Part shown: piece by piece, positions 1 through 13,300 of the stretch
Layout: the number at the start of each line of letters is the position of its first letter
Position numbering within the stretch: the stretch's first letter is position 1
Source: Camelus dromedarius
Lineage: Eukaryota
Direction: 5' to 3'
Length of the DNA stretch: 64,000 nucleotides
Assembly: GCF_036321535.1 (NCBI RefSeq)
Contig: NC_087437.1
Span: forward strand, 25,980,001-26,044,000
Position numbers and translations under genes: made by a program
Notes under the pieces: generated by a model
The model's input: the letters and a program-made list of their open reading frames with translations, nothing else
What the model was told of the DNA's origin: nothing
Database searches by the model: none

Positions 1-2939
1 GTTTACATTTCAAAAAAAAAGTGTGTTTATATATTTCTTTCCTAAAGTAAAACTAATAATACTGAAGTAATTCTATAATTTTTATTTCTTTTAGCAAACC
101 TAAATCAAAGTTAGAATTGATGCATGCAATGTGTGTGGGTTTTTAAATTACTTTTGCATTCGAATTACCCCGGTATTTTTTTAATCCCTTGCTACCAAAA
201 ATACTTAAACATTGAATGTTTATACTCTGGTTAGTGGCTGATTAATAGTTGCTTAAAACGTTCCTAAAAATATCTGCAAAGTAAATAGTAGCCAGGAAAA
301 AAAAAAAAAGAAAGTGAGTTTGGCATTGAAACTTTTGAACTGGCTCAAGTTACTGTCCTTAACAGAAGCCTGTATAGCTTCTGGGGAGCTACTTGTGAGC
401 AATGCCATCTAGCCGTTCAGGAGAACCCATTTAAAACTCGGACTTGGGCAAGCCCCTCCACAACCGAGGTCTCCTCCACTAGAATAAAAACTGCTAACAC
501 CCTGGCTGATGATCTGGTTTTGTGTGTGTTTGTATATGTGTGTGTGTGTGTGTGTGTATCTCAGAGACCTTTGGTGCCTTTCCATTTTCCACTCAAACCA
601 TGTGGGGCTGGATGACCTGACTGAGAAATAAACTTTGTCTTGTTTTCTCAGCGGTAAGCTCATTGGAAAGAATGAGGGATGTTTTTCCTTTCTCTCTTCA
701 AGATGAGAGCAGGGCTTGTCTGGGAGCTCTGGGTTTTCACTGTTGCAGAGTTTAATGGCCTAGTTTTTTAAAATCTAGGGCTTTAGCCTAATGTTTCTTA
801 AGTTTTAATGTGCATAGGAATCTACTGAGGACCTTGATAAAATGCAAGTTCTTGGGCCCCAGCCCAACTGATACTGTGTGTGTGCGGCTGGCGTGGGGTT
901 CAGGCATCTGCATGTACTGACAGGTACCCCTGCGTGTTCTGATGCTGCTCTGGGCTCCTGGGCAACTTGAGGTGGGGAGGCTCCAGGGTGAAGGGGAAGA
1001 AAGCTGCCCAATCCCAGAGGTAGTGGGATTCCCGGAGGCCGTGAGACAGAAAGGAGGCAGGTTCTGTTTCCAGGTCATTCCCTGGTAGTAACCAGCTCCC
1101 TGCGGGCATGGCTGCTTGAGGGCATCAGATTAAGCCTGAGTGCTGGGAGCACTTGGCAGTGGTCCTGGGGGCTGAGTTTAGGCAGTGGGAATGGGTGTTG
1201 GAAACAGCAGAGCCACGAGGCTCTGCATTGACCAGGGGGCTTCGACAATGAGTATCTCGTAGTTGTCACCCTGGGGACCCCAACTTTCCTGGATTGTTTA
1301 AACCCCAGGATTCTCAGATTGTTCACTGAAAAATGAATGAGGTGGGGTTCCTTTCTCCTATCACGGTGGGAGAAGAGCCAGGCTGGAGTTTAGAAAAATA
1401 AAGAAGTGACATCTTTTGTACCCACTATGGCGAATCCCACGCTTATGCCTTTATTTCTCGTATTCATTTTCATTTTCTAATTTCTTGTTGCAGTTTCCAC
1501 TTTATCAAATGAAACAGAAAAAAAATTTAGAAGGGCTCTGAAGAGACTTCAAGGACATGAAAATGCATGGAAAAACGGCAGGATGGGGTATGAATTCTTC
1601 CCCTCAAACTGCAGCATTTGTATGGACAGGAGTTGTCTTAATAAATAGATGTTTTAACAACAGCAAAATTCCAAGGCACTGAAGATCACTGAGACGAAAG
1701 GCAGATTCATCCAGTCCACACAGCTGAGAGGAGGTCAGGAAGAGGACAGTGTCAGTCAGGCACACAGGTCCAGATGCAAAGATGGAATTCCTCTCTGGTC
1801 GCACCAGAACCTGGACCACTCAGTATCACACAGGCCCATCTAAACCTCAGGTAAATTCTCTCCAGTGTCTGTCTCCTACTGTTAGGAGAGCAGCTCCGAT
1901 AATATTTAAGTAGAGATTCTCATCTGTGTTCTGCCATGCCCTGTTGATACACATTAAATAAGGCCAATGTTTAAAAATAGCCCTCAAATTCCGAAGGCTT
2001 CATTTAAGTACAGTGTGTATTTATATTTCCTGTCTGTGACTCTAAAGCATTAAGGAATACATCACATCCCATTTCAATAAATTGCAGTAGGTTTTGTCAA
2101 AATGTTTTGATTTCATTGAAATTCTCCTGTATTAATCATTTCCATTGGGAGGAGCATTGCCCAAGCTTTGGGATTCGTTTTTTGCATAAAAAGATTTTTT
2201 TTTAGCTGGGGGGTGGGGGTGAAAATTACTTTAAAAATAATTGATCTGAAGTTACAATCTATTCAGGGCTCTTAACATTTGGAATGCCTTTTATACACAT
2301 AGCAATATGCAAAATGTGTTTCCCATCTTGTCTTTTTTCTGAAACAAAATTAAGCCTTAACCAAACTGGGAAATATTTCACATCATGTGATACTTTGGGG
2401 GAGGTTTGTTTGCTTATGTTCTGTCCCCAAAGGAACATAAAAGTGTCATTAGGGGACATCTATTTAATTTCAAGAGCACAGCCTAGGGACAAAGGGTCAG
2501 TTACTGGAAGCTTGCAGGAAGTTTGCCAGTCAGATATCCAGTCAAAAAAATCTATTATGGTTGTTCTTTATCCAAACAAATAATTCACATTAATTGTAGA
2601 TCTTCTGGTTGACAATTATAACATGCATTTTTCTACTCATTACAACAGGTAAGTCCCCGTCTCAACAATCACATCCCTCCCTTTTAGCCCTTCAATTCCT
2701 ATAATCCTATAGAAATTCCTATACTTTCTGGTAGATTCAGACATAGAAGTGGCTTTTTAACTGTAGGGGAATTAAAAAAATGTTTAAACTGCCTTAGTAA
2801 GATAATAATAATGCTACTCCTTCCTATAAATTCAAAATACACTCAAGTGGTCTTGGTTTATGTCTAGATGTGGTTACTAAAATGTGGGTAATATACGTGA
2901 AAAGTTTCTGGATTCTTGGCTTTATTAATTGAGACATAG

Positions 2940-3530
2940 TATATTAGTTTTCTATTGCAGTGTAACAGATTATTACAAAGCAGCTTAAAACAACACCCAT
3001 TTATTATTCCACAGTTCCATGGATCAGAAGTCTGGCATGGCATGACTGGTTGTCTGTCTGGGCTATTACAAGGCTGGCATCAAGGTGTTGGCTGGGCTGA
3101 GTACTTGTCTGGAGGATCTGTGGAGAAATCCACAGCCCTGCTCACTCAGGTTATGGGCAGAATTCAGTTCACTGTGGTTGTAGGACTGAAATCCCTGTTT
3201 CCCTGCTGGCTGTCAGCTGAGGACCTCTCCCAATTCCTTAAGGCCACTGGTATTTCTTCCCAGGTGGTCCCTTCTCGCTTCAAGTCAGCAAAAGTTTGTT
3301 GAATCCCCCCTCAAATCTCTTGAAATCTCTCCAATTTCCTCTTCTTCCACTAGAGAATTCTCTGCCTTAGACTAGGCCCACCCAGAGCGTGTCCCTGCTT
3401 TAAGGTCAACTGTGCCATGGGCTAACATAAATCGTGGGAGTGATATCTCATCATATTCACCAGTTCTGGAGATTTAGGGTAGGATAGTTTGGGGGGCGGG
3501 GGGGAGGGCATTAAAAAATTCTCCGTACTA
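2940..3530 (-). mobile_element. MaLR LTR (MLT1-type)
   Basis: attagttttctattgcagtgtaaca...gcttaaaacaacacccatttatt...aggtgttggctgggctg, the antisense MLT1 pattern. Confidence 0.65.
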
Positions 3531-5321
3531 CACACAGGAATCACAAGGACAACAGTCAAAAATTAACTACTAGGCAAAGACTCAACCTAGTTTACACAGC
3601 ACAAAAATCGCACAAACTCAAATGACTTATGGGTTCTAACTAGCCTGGCTTTACTACCACAGCATGAGAGCGGTATTGAGGTGTCAGCCCTCTTAGATCT
3701 GTTTTTAGGGGAAAATAGCAGCGGTGATAATAAATTGTAGAGCTTGACAAGTCTGAAATGGTGTCTTCGCTTCACTAGCTCCCGCACGCAGGCGGTCCTA
3801 TGTGAGGCGTTTGTAGCACACTGGCTTTCGCTTTACTATTTTTTATTTGGCAGCCTTGAAGTACATATGAGTCATGGTAGTGACTCTTCCAGATAATTTT
3901 AGCTTATAATTATACCTCCTTAAGAATCATTAAAAAAATTTAAGATCATTTTGAAGGGGTAAAATGAATACCTTCTGCGCAAGTTTTTTTTCTTTAGAAG
4001 CGTTTTGTTTACTTTCCTGTTTTCCTAAACAGGGAGTACTAGGGAAAAAATTCAATTTTTTCGTGATAGTAATGGTAAATACTAACATTTATTAAGCACT
4101 TACAGTATCCTGATCACTCAATATTACAATACTTATGATAATACCATAATGTGGACTATTCTTAGTTTGTCCTCTGTTTCTTTGGCCAAAATTTGAACTT
4201 CTTCTTGGTCATTGGTTTTGATGATGAAGACATCTTTACTATAACATTTCTGATTTATTTCTCAAACCTACAGAGGGCTGTAAAACTAGGTAACAAAGTC
4301 TGTAAAACCTGTATGTTACGTATGTTAACATCATCAAGCCTGACGGAGAGCGTACAGTGTCCGTGTAGAAGGGCTTTGTGCTGGCTCTTCTTGTGTTTAA
4401 AGAATTTTTCACTTACTTCTAGCTTCCTCTAGGTCACCAGAAAAAAAAAAGTAACCTGAAGAAAACAGGAGGATTGTCACTTACTGCTATTATGGACCCA
4501 GCAAAGTCAACATATATTCATATATTTAATTAGGGCCTACTATGGGCCCAGAACACAGTATTGTATTTGCTAATTGTTTTTTTATATATGTCTTTTATTG
4601 TTATTTAAATACAAATAATTTAGGAGCAGGAACTATATTTTATAGATCTTTAATTATTTATTGATTTGTTGAAGTTGCAGATAAGGCACTGACCAGGTAA
4701 ATGGCAATGCTGAGCATAAAGAAATTACTTTCTACCTCGCGCCATTAGACGTAAATGCTACTGGTACAAAAAAAAAAAAAAAAAAAAAAGAAAGAAATAA
4801 ACTCTATTTCCCTAGTAAGAAATCCATACATTTTTCTCTTTTATATCTGACAAAGTTTTCAGTCCTACTAACCCTATGTAGAACTCCATAAATCGACTTT
4901 TCCTATTTCATTCTATCTTTTGATTTGTTCTACAGTGTAAATCTGTCCACACTAGGATCAAGGGAAAGTTTTTGTAACACAGCCTATCATTTCTTCTAGC
5001 TTCTATATACCTTTTATTCATTCACTTTCATTTATTCAAAGATGTTTATTTGGTGTCTCCTACGTTCTAGGCACTAACAAATGATCACCAGTGAATGTAA
5101 CAGATGGAATTTCTGCCGTCTCAGTACAGACTTTCCTCTCCATTGTTCCAGATCTTCAAGGTCAACATCAGCTTAAACCTAATTGTCTGCCTAACAACCA
5201 TATTGCCCTCTTTCAACCTATTTCTCAGCCTGTTTATCTCCACTTAACCTTCTTAACCTTCACACAGCAAGGATGTCAATCTTGTCTGGTGATAAGGCAT
5301 CATCCTTTGCCAACTGGGTGG

Positions 5322-5670
5322 GTGCTATGATCTGAATATTTGTGCCCCCCCAATTCATATGTTAAAATTCTATCCCCTAATGTGATGGTATTAGGAGGTG
5401 AGGCCTTTGGGAGGGGTTTAGGTCATGAGGGTGGAGCCCTAATGAATGGGGGTCGTGCCTTATAAAAGAGTCTCCAAAGAGACCCTTAGCCCCTTTCACC
5501 AAATGAGGACACAGAGAAAAGACTATGAACCAGAAAGAGAGCTCTTACTAGAACATGACCATGCTGGCACCCTGATCTTCGACGTCCGAGCCTCCTGAAC
5601 TGCGAGAAACAAATTTCTGTTGTCAACCCAGACTGGGGCGTTTTGTTACAGAACAGTGAATGGATTAAGC
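5322..5670 (+). mobile_element. MaLR solo LTR (MLT1A/MST-like)
   Basis: tgctatgatctgaatatttgtgcccccc...aatgtgatggtattaggaggtgaggcctttgggagg...ccttataaaag...catgctggcaccctgatctt. Confidence 0.78.
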
Positions 5671-7524
5671 AGCTGGATATTCTGCAAATCTGAGACACAG
5701 GGAACAAAAAGTTGCTACCTCAACTCATCTGTACAGAAAGGTTAGCAAAGTATTGGCAAAATTGCTGCAGCTCTATTCAACATTCGCTGTTCAGATGTAT
5801 AGAAAAATTGCACAGGCAGAGTGAGCAGTGCCATCTGGAGTTTGCACAACGCTAGGCAGTTACTGAAGCAAAAGGAGATGATCAAGCCCATGACGTATAA
5901 CCTCCCTAGCACAGGTAGGACACTAGAGTGTTTAAAAATAAAGGAATTCTCTTCCTTCCCTGCAAAAAAACAATTCCTTAACAAAGCGCTTTTCTCTTCT
6001 AAATGTCTAGAATTATTAACTCATGCTCAGGGCAATGTCCTGGACTTAGATAATGCCAAATAAAGCAGATTTGATTTTTGATCACGAGTATTGGCAGAAG
6101 AATGGTGGGTGAGGCCACAAAGTAGGACAGTACTTTTTTTTTCTAAGGTGTCTGACTTTTGAAAAAAATCTGTCTGGTTTTCCTATTAAAAACGTATACA
6201 ATTTACATTATATTTAACGGGGAAATGCTGAATCCATACAAAATAATAGTCACTCTGGAGCCATAAAAATCTGTCATATTCCTAAGAAGAGAATACTACT
6301 TCAAAACCAAGCTTTAAAAAAATTAATTGCAAGATTTAGTAGTTTTATTTGAAATCAATTCTCTTCAGGTCAGAAACTTTCCTTACTGTATATTATTAAC
6401 CAAAAAAAAAAAAAACTTAAAAAGTTGATATTATTATCAGCTATGCATTTATTCTTTTACTTTGAAAAGTTTCAAACACACATACAGTTAATGAAAGTAA
6501 TGTCTACTCGTCAGCAATTATGAAATTTGGATACTTGTGGGCTTTTTTTGAAGATACAGTCTTAGCAGCGGATGGTCATTGGGCTCATTTGTCACCATTA
6601 ACATACATTAAGTGTTACTATTAAAATACATTCATCAGATTAAAACTCCCTTTTCACTATTAAAATACATTTTTAACTGTAATGAACACTGGTTTTGAAT
6701 AACAAATTTCAATTCGGTATTAACAGTATTCAAAATGATGACTTTGGTATAGAGAAACTTCCATTACAAAAAACTTCAAGGAGAACTGCACTCTTGTTTT
6801 TCTGTGAGGTGAGTGTTGCTTGCAATAAGAGAGCTTTCAATGGACACATGAAAACCTTTAAGTTACATGGAGTTTTTTGAAGGGGCGTTATAATAAATAT
6901 CTGACATTTCTTTGGTGCATGTGTGATGCGTCAGGCACAGTGCTAAGAGCTTTGCATGCCCACTCTTCAAACAACCCAGTGGAGTACTCTTATTATCTTC
7001 GTTTTACAGATTAGGATGCTAAGTCTGAGAAAGATGAGTGTAATTATGTGTCCAGAGTCATCCAACAAGTATTAGGCAGAGTTATATTTATTAAAATTGT
7101 ATTTGATTTCTATAAATCATTCTTTGAAGGATTAAAAAACGTTTATTCTCACCACTAGTAGTCAGTAAATGGTAGGGTTAACATAACATGTTATACAGTC
7201 CTTCTTTAGATTATATAACTTCTGCAGAAACAGACAAAAAGACAGAATCCTGATGGAAGATGCAGTAACAACCAGAGGAGGTAATAACAAGCCCACACAG
7301 TTCCCCAGGACCAAGTGAAAAGGAGTGAGGCAGCCTCTCAAAAAATAAACAAACAAAATCCCAGGAATTAGAGGAGATTTTTTAAAGTGTCTTGGGTTTC
7401 AAGCCCATATTTTGCAGCTTGTTTTACATAACATATCAAAGAAATACTTCATCTTATTGGCTCTATTTTTTTTAATCAACAATTTATAAGTTTGATCTAT
7501 AAACAAGAAAAAATAGTAACTTAC

Positions 7525-7670
7525 TTGTCAACTGAAATAAGCTTCTTTTCTCCATTGTCAGAGGCGTAGTTCCAAGTTGTCTCAATAATTCCAATGTAAT
7601 AATGCTTATCTTTGGCTCGGGCTGAGGTACTATAAAAAATTAGAAAAATACCAAGCAAGAAAATCTTCAT
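7525..7670 (-). CDS. CP: Ceruloplasmin coding exon 1 (signal peptide and start of domain 1); the rest of the gene lies left of the window
   Basis: ATG at 7670 gives [48 protein letters not shown], closely matching the recalled mammalian CP N-terminus ([48 protein letters not shown]). The 146-nt phase-2 exon ends at a canonical donor AA|gtaagt (7524). I found no exon 2 in 1-7500. Confidence 0.96.
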
Positions 7671-7724
7671 TCTTTTTTCCTCCTGAAGCCTGAGACGCAG
7701 TGAAATGAAATCGGAAGCAGGCAA

Positions 7725-7845
7725 TTTTATAAATAAGGCTTTCTTCCTTTATTTGCTTGACTGACAGAATTTTATGTTGCACAAGACTAAATTATTTCGT
7801 TAAAGCAAATAACATTTTCCACTTCAGTTCAGTTCTCGTAAACCC
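7725..7845 (-). promoter_or_regulatory. CP proximal promoter: TATA box with candidate forkhead, C/EBP and STAT sites
   Basis: Minus-strand TATAAAA at 7731-7725, about 55 nt above the ATG. TATTTGC forkhead-like site at about 7750, GTTGCACAAG C/EBP-like site at 7776-7785, TTCTCGTAA GAS-like site at 7833-7841. Consistent with a hepatic acute-phase gene, but these are motif matches only. Confidence 0.55.
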
Positions 7846-8027
7846 AGAAAAAACCCTAGATTTCCATTGCCAGGATTCTCTGATTACAAATTAAAAGTCA
7901 ACAGTTATTGTTGGAGGCACTGGAGTGTGGATAACTCTGCTTCTACCATTTGTTGTGTAAATTCCAGGAGGGCAGAGATCATGTCTAAATGCTCCCTTTG
8001 TTCCTCCAACAATACGCCACAGTACAG

Positions 8028-8214
8028 TGCCCCGCACTCAGCGAACTTTCAATAAACTGGGACTAAAATTATGCACAATGAATCAAAATACATAGCTCTT
8101 TACTTTCGAAAAGCCAAACAATGCCCCGCACTCAGCGAACTTTCAATAAACTGGGATTAAAATTATCACAATGAATCAAAATACATAGCTCTTTGCTTTC
8201 GAAAAGCCAAACAA
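8028..8214. repeat. Two-copy 94/93-bp tandem duplication in the CP upstream region
   Basis: Copies at 8028-8121 and 8122-8214 differ by two substitutions and one 1-nt indel. Confidence 0.95.
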
Positions 8215-9850
8215 TAGTAAATTACCACTTTAGTTATGAAATGTGATATTTAGCATGCCAAATTTAAGTACCCCAAAATAAGAATTTATTTTGAAGGATT
8301 TATTTATTTTGTAAGCTCTGAACACATCTGCATAGAAAGTTTATCAGGTTAGTCTGTATTGCTAAATACAAATAAATAGCAGAGTGTAACAGGGGTTGAT
8401 GATGCTGTTTCAATCATTGAAGAAATCAGACCTAGATAAACCCATCTTCAAAGGCAAATTTGATCTTACTTAAATGGAAGGAGCTCTACTTTACTAACCT
8501 GAGATTTCTCTCTTTGATGAGGACATGAATTTGGGGGAAATTCATTTTATTTTTGTTTTTTAGTTGAGGAAAACCCTGATGATATCAGTGCACATTTTGT
8601 GTTGACGTAAACTTTTTCTCTAGAATACCTCAGCGTGTTATGTGAGTGTTTGCCAAAAGGTGTTTTACAGAAATAGATTGGTATAGGAGAAAGCACCCTG
8701 ATGTTGAAACAATTTATTCATTTAGTAAGTATTACTGGGTGAACCCCTGTGTGCCAGACACTATTCTAAGCATTGTGGGGATACAGCCGTAATGAAACAG
8801 ACACAAATCTCTACCCTTGTCAACTTACCTTGTACTGGAGAGAGACCAACAACATACAAATGAAGAGCGAAATACCTGGTATTAGCTGCAAGTGCTGTGG
8901 AGAAAAACAGAACAGGGAAGGAGACTCGTGAGTGCCAGGGCCAACAGTAGGATGAAGGTCAAAATCTGATGGCACCACATGACCCCAGGCAAGATACAAA
9001 GTTGACCCCAGTCTCAGTTTCCTCATCTGTAAAATATCTCCGTCTCAGAGGGCTGCTGTCCACATTAATTGAAATGTTAGGTCACACAGATGCTTCTTTC
9101 ACCAGCTAGCAATAATCTTGACTAATTGTCCTGATACAGAAAATTGAGTCACAAAGCCCAGGCTATCCCAAGACCTCTTTCTAGAGCCACCTTCAACCAT
9201 TGTGCCCTCGACCTGGGTGGGGCTATAATCTTGCCCAAACTCCATTGACCAAGCCCCGTGCCTTGCAAGATGCTGTTCCTTTAAAAAAGCTGGTGCCCAG
9301 AAGGACTCCATTGTTTCCAAATGGTCCACACAGGGGGAGCATCTTCTAGTAATTCATTCTCCCACAGGGTGCACTTTTTTTCTAATTGGCATCTAATTAG
9401 AAGTCTCTGTATGAGCCAGTGCATGGCTGTTGGTGTAAATAATGCCAATCTTGGGACTGCACAGTTTCTCCTGTCCTTCTACTGACCCTTCCCAGGACTG
9501 TGCTGTGTGGGAAATCACTTCTCTGTTATCAAGGGCTTTGTAGTTAACAGATATTATTTAATGATCCTTAGGTCTTCAGGTGGGCTCTATGCTGTTAGCC
9601 TCCGAATAATGATGAAGACCTTCACTGATCTATTCCTAGTGCCCATGAGTCCAGTTACCTATTTGTAAGTCTTGATTTAGGAATGCACTTCCTGTTTCCA
9701 AGGACGTACCCCTATACCCTAGATTCATATAAAATTGTCCCATTGTCCCCTGGGTGGTGCGGATAGCTGTGAATGCTTCTGGATCTCTCTATCATGTCTG
9801 CTGCTCCTACTGCTACTGGGAAACAGAAAATAAGAATCACCTCAGTTCTT

Positions 9851-10294
9851 TGTCACCTGAAAAAAAAATTTTTGATGAGAGACAGAAAGCATGATATAAG
9901 CAAGATTTTTATTAGTGAAGTAAAAGAAATAGTGAAAGATAGTACCCTCCCGAGAACTGGGGGCAGGCTAACCCAAGACAGGAAAAATGGCGCTGCTCCC
10001 TCCTTCCTCCTGTTTTTATATCCTGGCTTCATAATTGATTAATTACTTGATTGATTAACTGATTGCTTCCCCGCACTCTGGTTAATTGACAGCTCAGGTT
10101 CCCTGTGCTCTGGTTGATTGACAGCGCAGGTTCCTTGTGTTCTGGATTGTTCCTTTCCCCTTCCTCTCCCCCTGCCCAGTACTCATTTCTATCTAAACTA
10201 CCTAAAACTACCCTGTAAGTTACCCTGTTATAAACTGATCCATTGATTATAAGCAGCTGCCTGTTTCATTTTTTGATGTCAAGGTATCTTCTCA
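9851..10294 (-). mobile_element. Solo LTR nested antisense in the provirus 5' LTR
   Basis: Minus-strand TG...CA termini (tgagaaga...ggtgaca), about 32-bp internal tandem repeats (10080-10150), TATAAAA at 10020-10014 and AATAAA at 9913-9908 in U3-R-U5 order. No clean TSD. Confidence 0.7.
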
Positions 10295-10333
10295 GTTTGT
10301 GGGCACTTTTCGTCTCCTCCATCCTCCAACAAT

Positions 10334-10351
10334 TAGTGAGCCAGCCAGGAG
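10334..10351 (+). other. Retroviral primer-binding site, tRNA-Arg type
   Basis: TAGTGAGCCAGCCAGGAG matches the recalled complement of the tRNA-Arg(ACG) 3' end, TGGCGAGCCAGCCAGGAG, at 16/18. It lies 2 nt after an LTR-like ...CAACA end (10331). Confidence 0.75.
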
Positions 10352-13300
10352 CCTGAAGGCAACACAGGAATGGGTAAAACGGTCATGCTGGGGGAAATCC
10401 CAGGCTGGCCAGCCCGTTCCAGTTGGGGTGACCTGGCTAGGTTCATGGAATGCTTGGGGCCACTGTGTGAATACAGAACACCCCAAAAACACCAAAGGAC
10501 TTCCTAGATATATTAACTGAAGTGATGGATAAAGCAAAAGTGGAAAAAAGGAAGAGAATAAGCTATCTCGGTCATTGCACAGCCTTTGTTATGTGCTTTA
10601 AGGATTAGCAAGAAAAGCAATCACAGCTCAGCAGGAAACTAGAGAAGACTAAAGAGACTCTGGCATTAGAGAGGGATGTCTGGAGGGTATGATCTGCCAC
10701 TTCTGACCTTTTGTTAAGGAAAACACAGCAGGAGGGGTACATTGAGGTGAAGACATGTAAGATGGCCAAAATGCAGGGCGGCAGGCTGCCCCTTTCCAAG
10801 GTGAGGACTAGTATTTCATAGCAGAACTGCGACCCCCAGAGGTGGGATCCTTGGGATAATGACTCTGCGGAAGATGAGGACATAATTATAGAGGAGGGAA
10901 AGAACCTGTGAGAATGGCCTCTGACCCAAACTAAAACACAAGCCACAGGGGAACAAGGAGATAATTGAGAGGAGATCCCTACAAGCCCCAAAACAACAGG
11001 GTGAGGCTCTACCTCCCCTGAGTCAATAGAATTAACCGGCAGGTTTAACCAAAAGAAGAGGGAAGGAGTGGCAGCCTGCGTGCTCCGTGTATGGGACACT
11101 AGGGCATTGCGTTAAATGGGTCAGAAATGTCTTAAATGGCCTGGTTACAGGGCAGCCTGGCCTCTGGCAACGTTTGTGTGCAGCTGGGATGGGAGAAAAC
11201 TGAGGACACCTAGCCAACTTGATTGAATGGGTACTTGCAGGTATACACCTGGCTTGGTCAAATGAGGGAGAGGTGCCCCTCCCACCCTTAAGGTGGCATC
11301 TATGGAAGTGCTATGAGAAATGGAGAGGGAATTAGGAAGGAAGCATGTGGTCTCTTCTCCTAATTTCCAAGGAATGAGAATGAGGAGTTATTCACAGCAG
11401 GCATGAAAGATGGTATCCTACAGTCCCGCTCCAGGAGCCTGGTACCTGACCTTACTTTCAGTTTTAGCTCCAATGGTTAATCAACCCACTCAAGTGATGG
11501 TGACTGTAATAGCTGGTTTAAGTGAAACTGAAAAGATCTGACACAAGGGAAATAGAAGTGTAGATAAAACCAAAAAGGAAAAAAAAAAAGTGAGGAAATT
11601 AAAGAAAGGGGACCAACTAGAATTTTCTGCAAGCAATTTTAGCCAGACCTTGTATTAGCTGGGACCCCTAACAACCTTATTTGGTCCTTTCAAACTTATG
11701 GAAAGCATTACCCAAAGGAAAAGTTTACTCCCCTGATAGCAAGGGAAAAAGAGGACCAGGCACAAGCCTGTGCTCCATTGCTGGGGGAAGATGAGGAACA
11801 AGGGTGGATCCCCCCACTTCTAGGAATTAGGGGTGGGGTCAAGGTTACTCCTTGGTACCGGCCATAGGGGGCCCTGGAGGCCGCATGTTAAACTGACTGT
11901 TCATTGGTCCTGCACCAATAAACAGAATGTTCTGACTTCAGTAGATAGTGATGCTCAGTGCACCCTGATTTATGGGAATGTTTCCTGGTTCTAAGGGGAA
12001 ATATGAGCCATTGATGGATATGGAGGCCAAACCGTATGGGTGAAACAAGCAAGCTTGTATTTACAGATTGGAAGATTGCCTCCCTGTCCCTTTCTGGTTT
12101 CTATTTTGCCCACAATAGAGTACATTTTAAGTATGAATGTCCTACAGGACCTGGACCTCTCAACCACCACGGGTGAGTTCTGCTTATGAATCCAAGCAGT
12201 CAAGCCTGTAATGGTGGGTCATGCTAAGAGGGACCTTGTAAATTTGCCCATCCCTCGGAGACTGGCGGCAATAAAACAGTATCACCTAGTGGGGGACAGA
12301 GAAGGATAGCAGCTACCATCAAGGGAGTAGAGGAGGTAAGGCCTATACTATCAGCACAGCGCTCATTCAGCAGCCCGGTGTGGCTGGTAAAGACACCCCA
12401 ATAAGCAGGACCTGGTGTGTGACGGTCGCCTACAGAGAATCAGACACGGTAACACCATCTATTTATGCAGCAGTTTCAAACACAGCCCTGCTCTTGGATA
12501 CGATCCTCTCTTCTCTCAAGACATATCACTGTGTCTTAGATTTGTCTAATGCCTTTTCTAGCAGACCTTTGGATAACAGGTACCAGGACCAGCTTGCCAT
12601 GTCACGTTGGAAGGAAGGCGATGGATTTTTACCGTCTTGCCCCATGGCTGTCTGCATAGCCCTACCATATGTCATTGGATGGTGACCCAGGACTTAGAGA
12701 AATGGGCTTCCCCTCCTTCTTCAGCTATCACTGCATTGATGATATCATGCTAATCTATGGCGACTTGCTCTCCCTTTCCCAAGCCCTGGCATCTCTTCAG
12801 GAAGATTTAAAAGCTCAGGGATGGGAGATAAATACTGACAAGGTGCAAGGACCAGGCCAGTCAGTGCAGTTCCTGGGAGTCATGTGGTCTGGTAAGACTG
12901 AAGTGATGCCCGAGGCTGTTACTGATGATATTCAGGTGTATCCTGTGCCCTGAAATGTAGAAGAACCACGAGCCTTTATAGTTCTGCTCTGGTACTTGTC
13001 TGCCTTCCCTCCAGCCCCCACCTTGCCCAGATATTAAGACCCCTATATGCTCCAGTGAAAAAGGGAACACTCTGGGGCTGGAACACTCCACAACAAGAGG
13101 CTTTTGAAAAGGCCAAGCTGGTTGTCAAACAAGTTCAAGGACTGGGGGTGTTAATGTCAGATGCAAGTTGTGAATTGACTGCAAGTATATATCCAGAAGG
13201 CTTTGGGTTGTGACTGGGACGGCAACAAAACAGGAAAGGAGTCCCACCAAGATTTTGGTCTCAGTGATGGAAAGGGGCAGAGAACTGCTATGCCTATAGA

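Noticed and set aside
7671..7724. N-terminal extension of CP in the ORF track ([18 protein letters not shown])
   Set aside because: It starts at a TTG immediately below the TATA box; the homologous start is the ATG at 7670.
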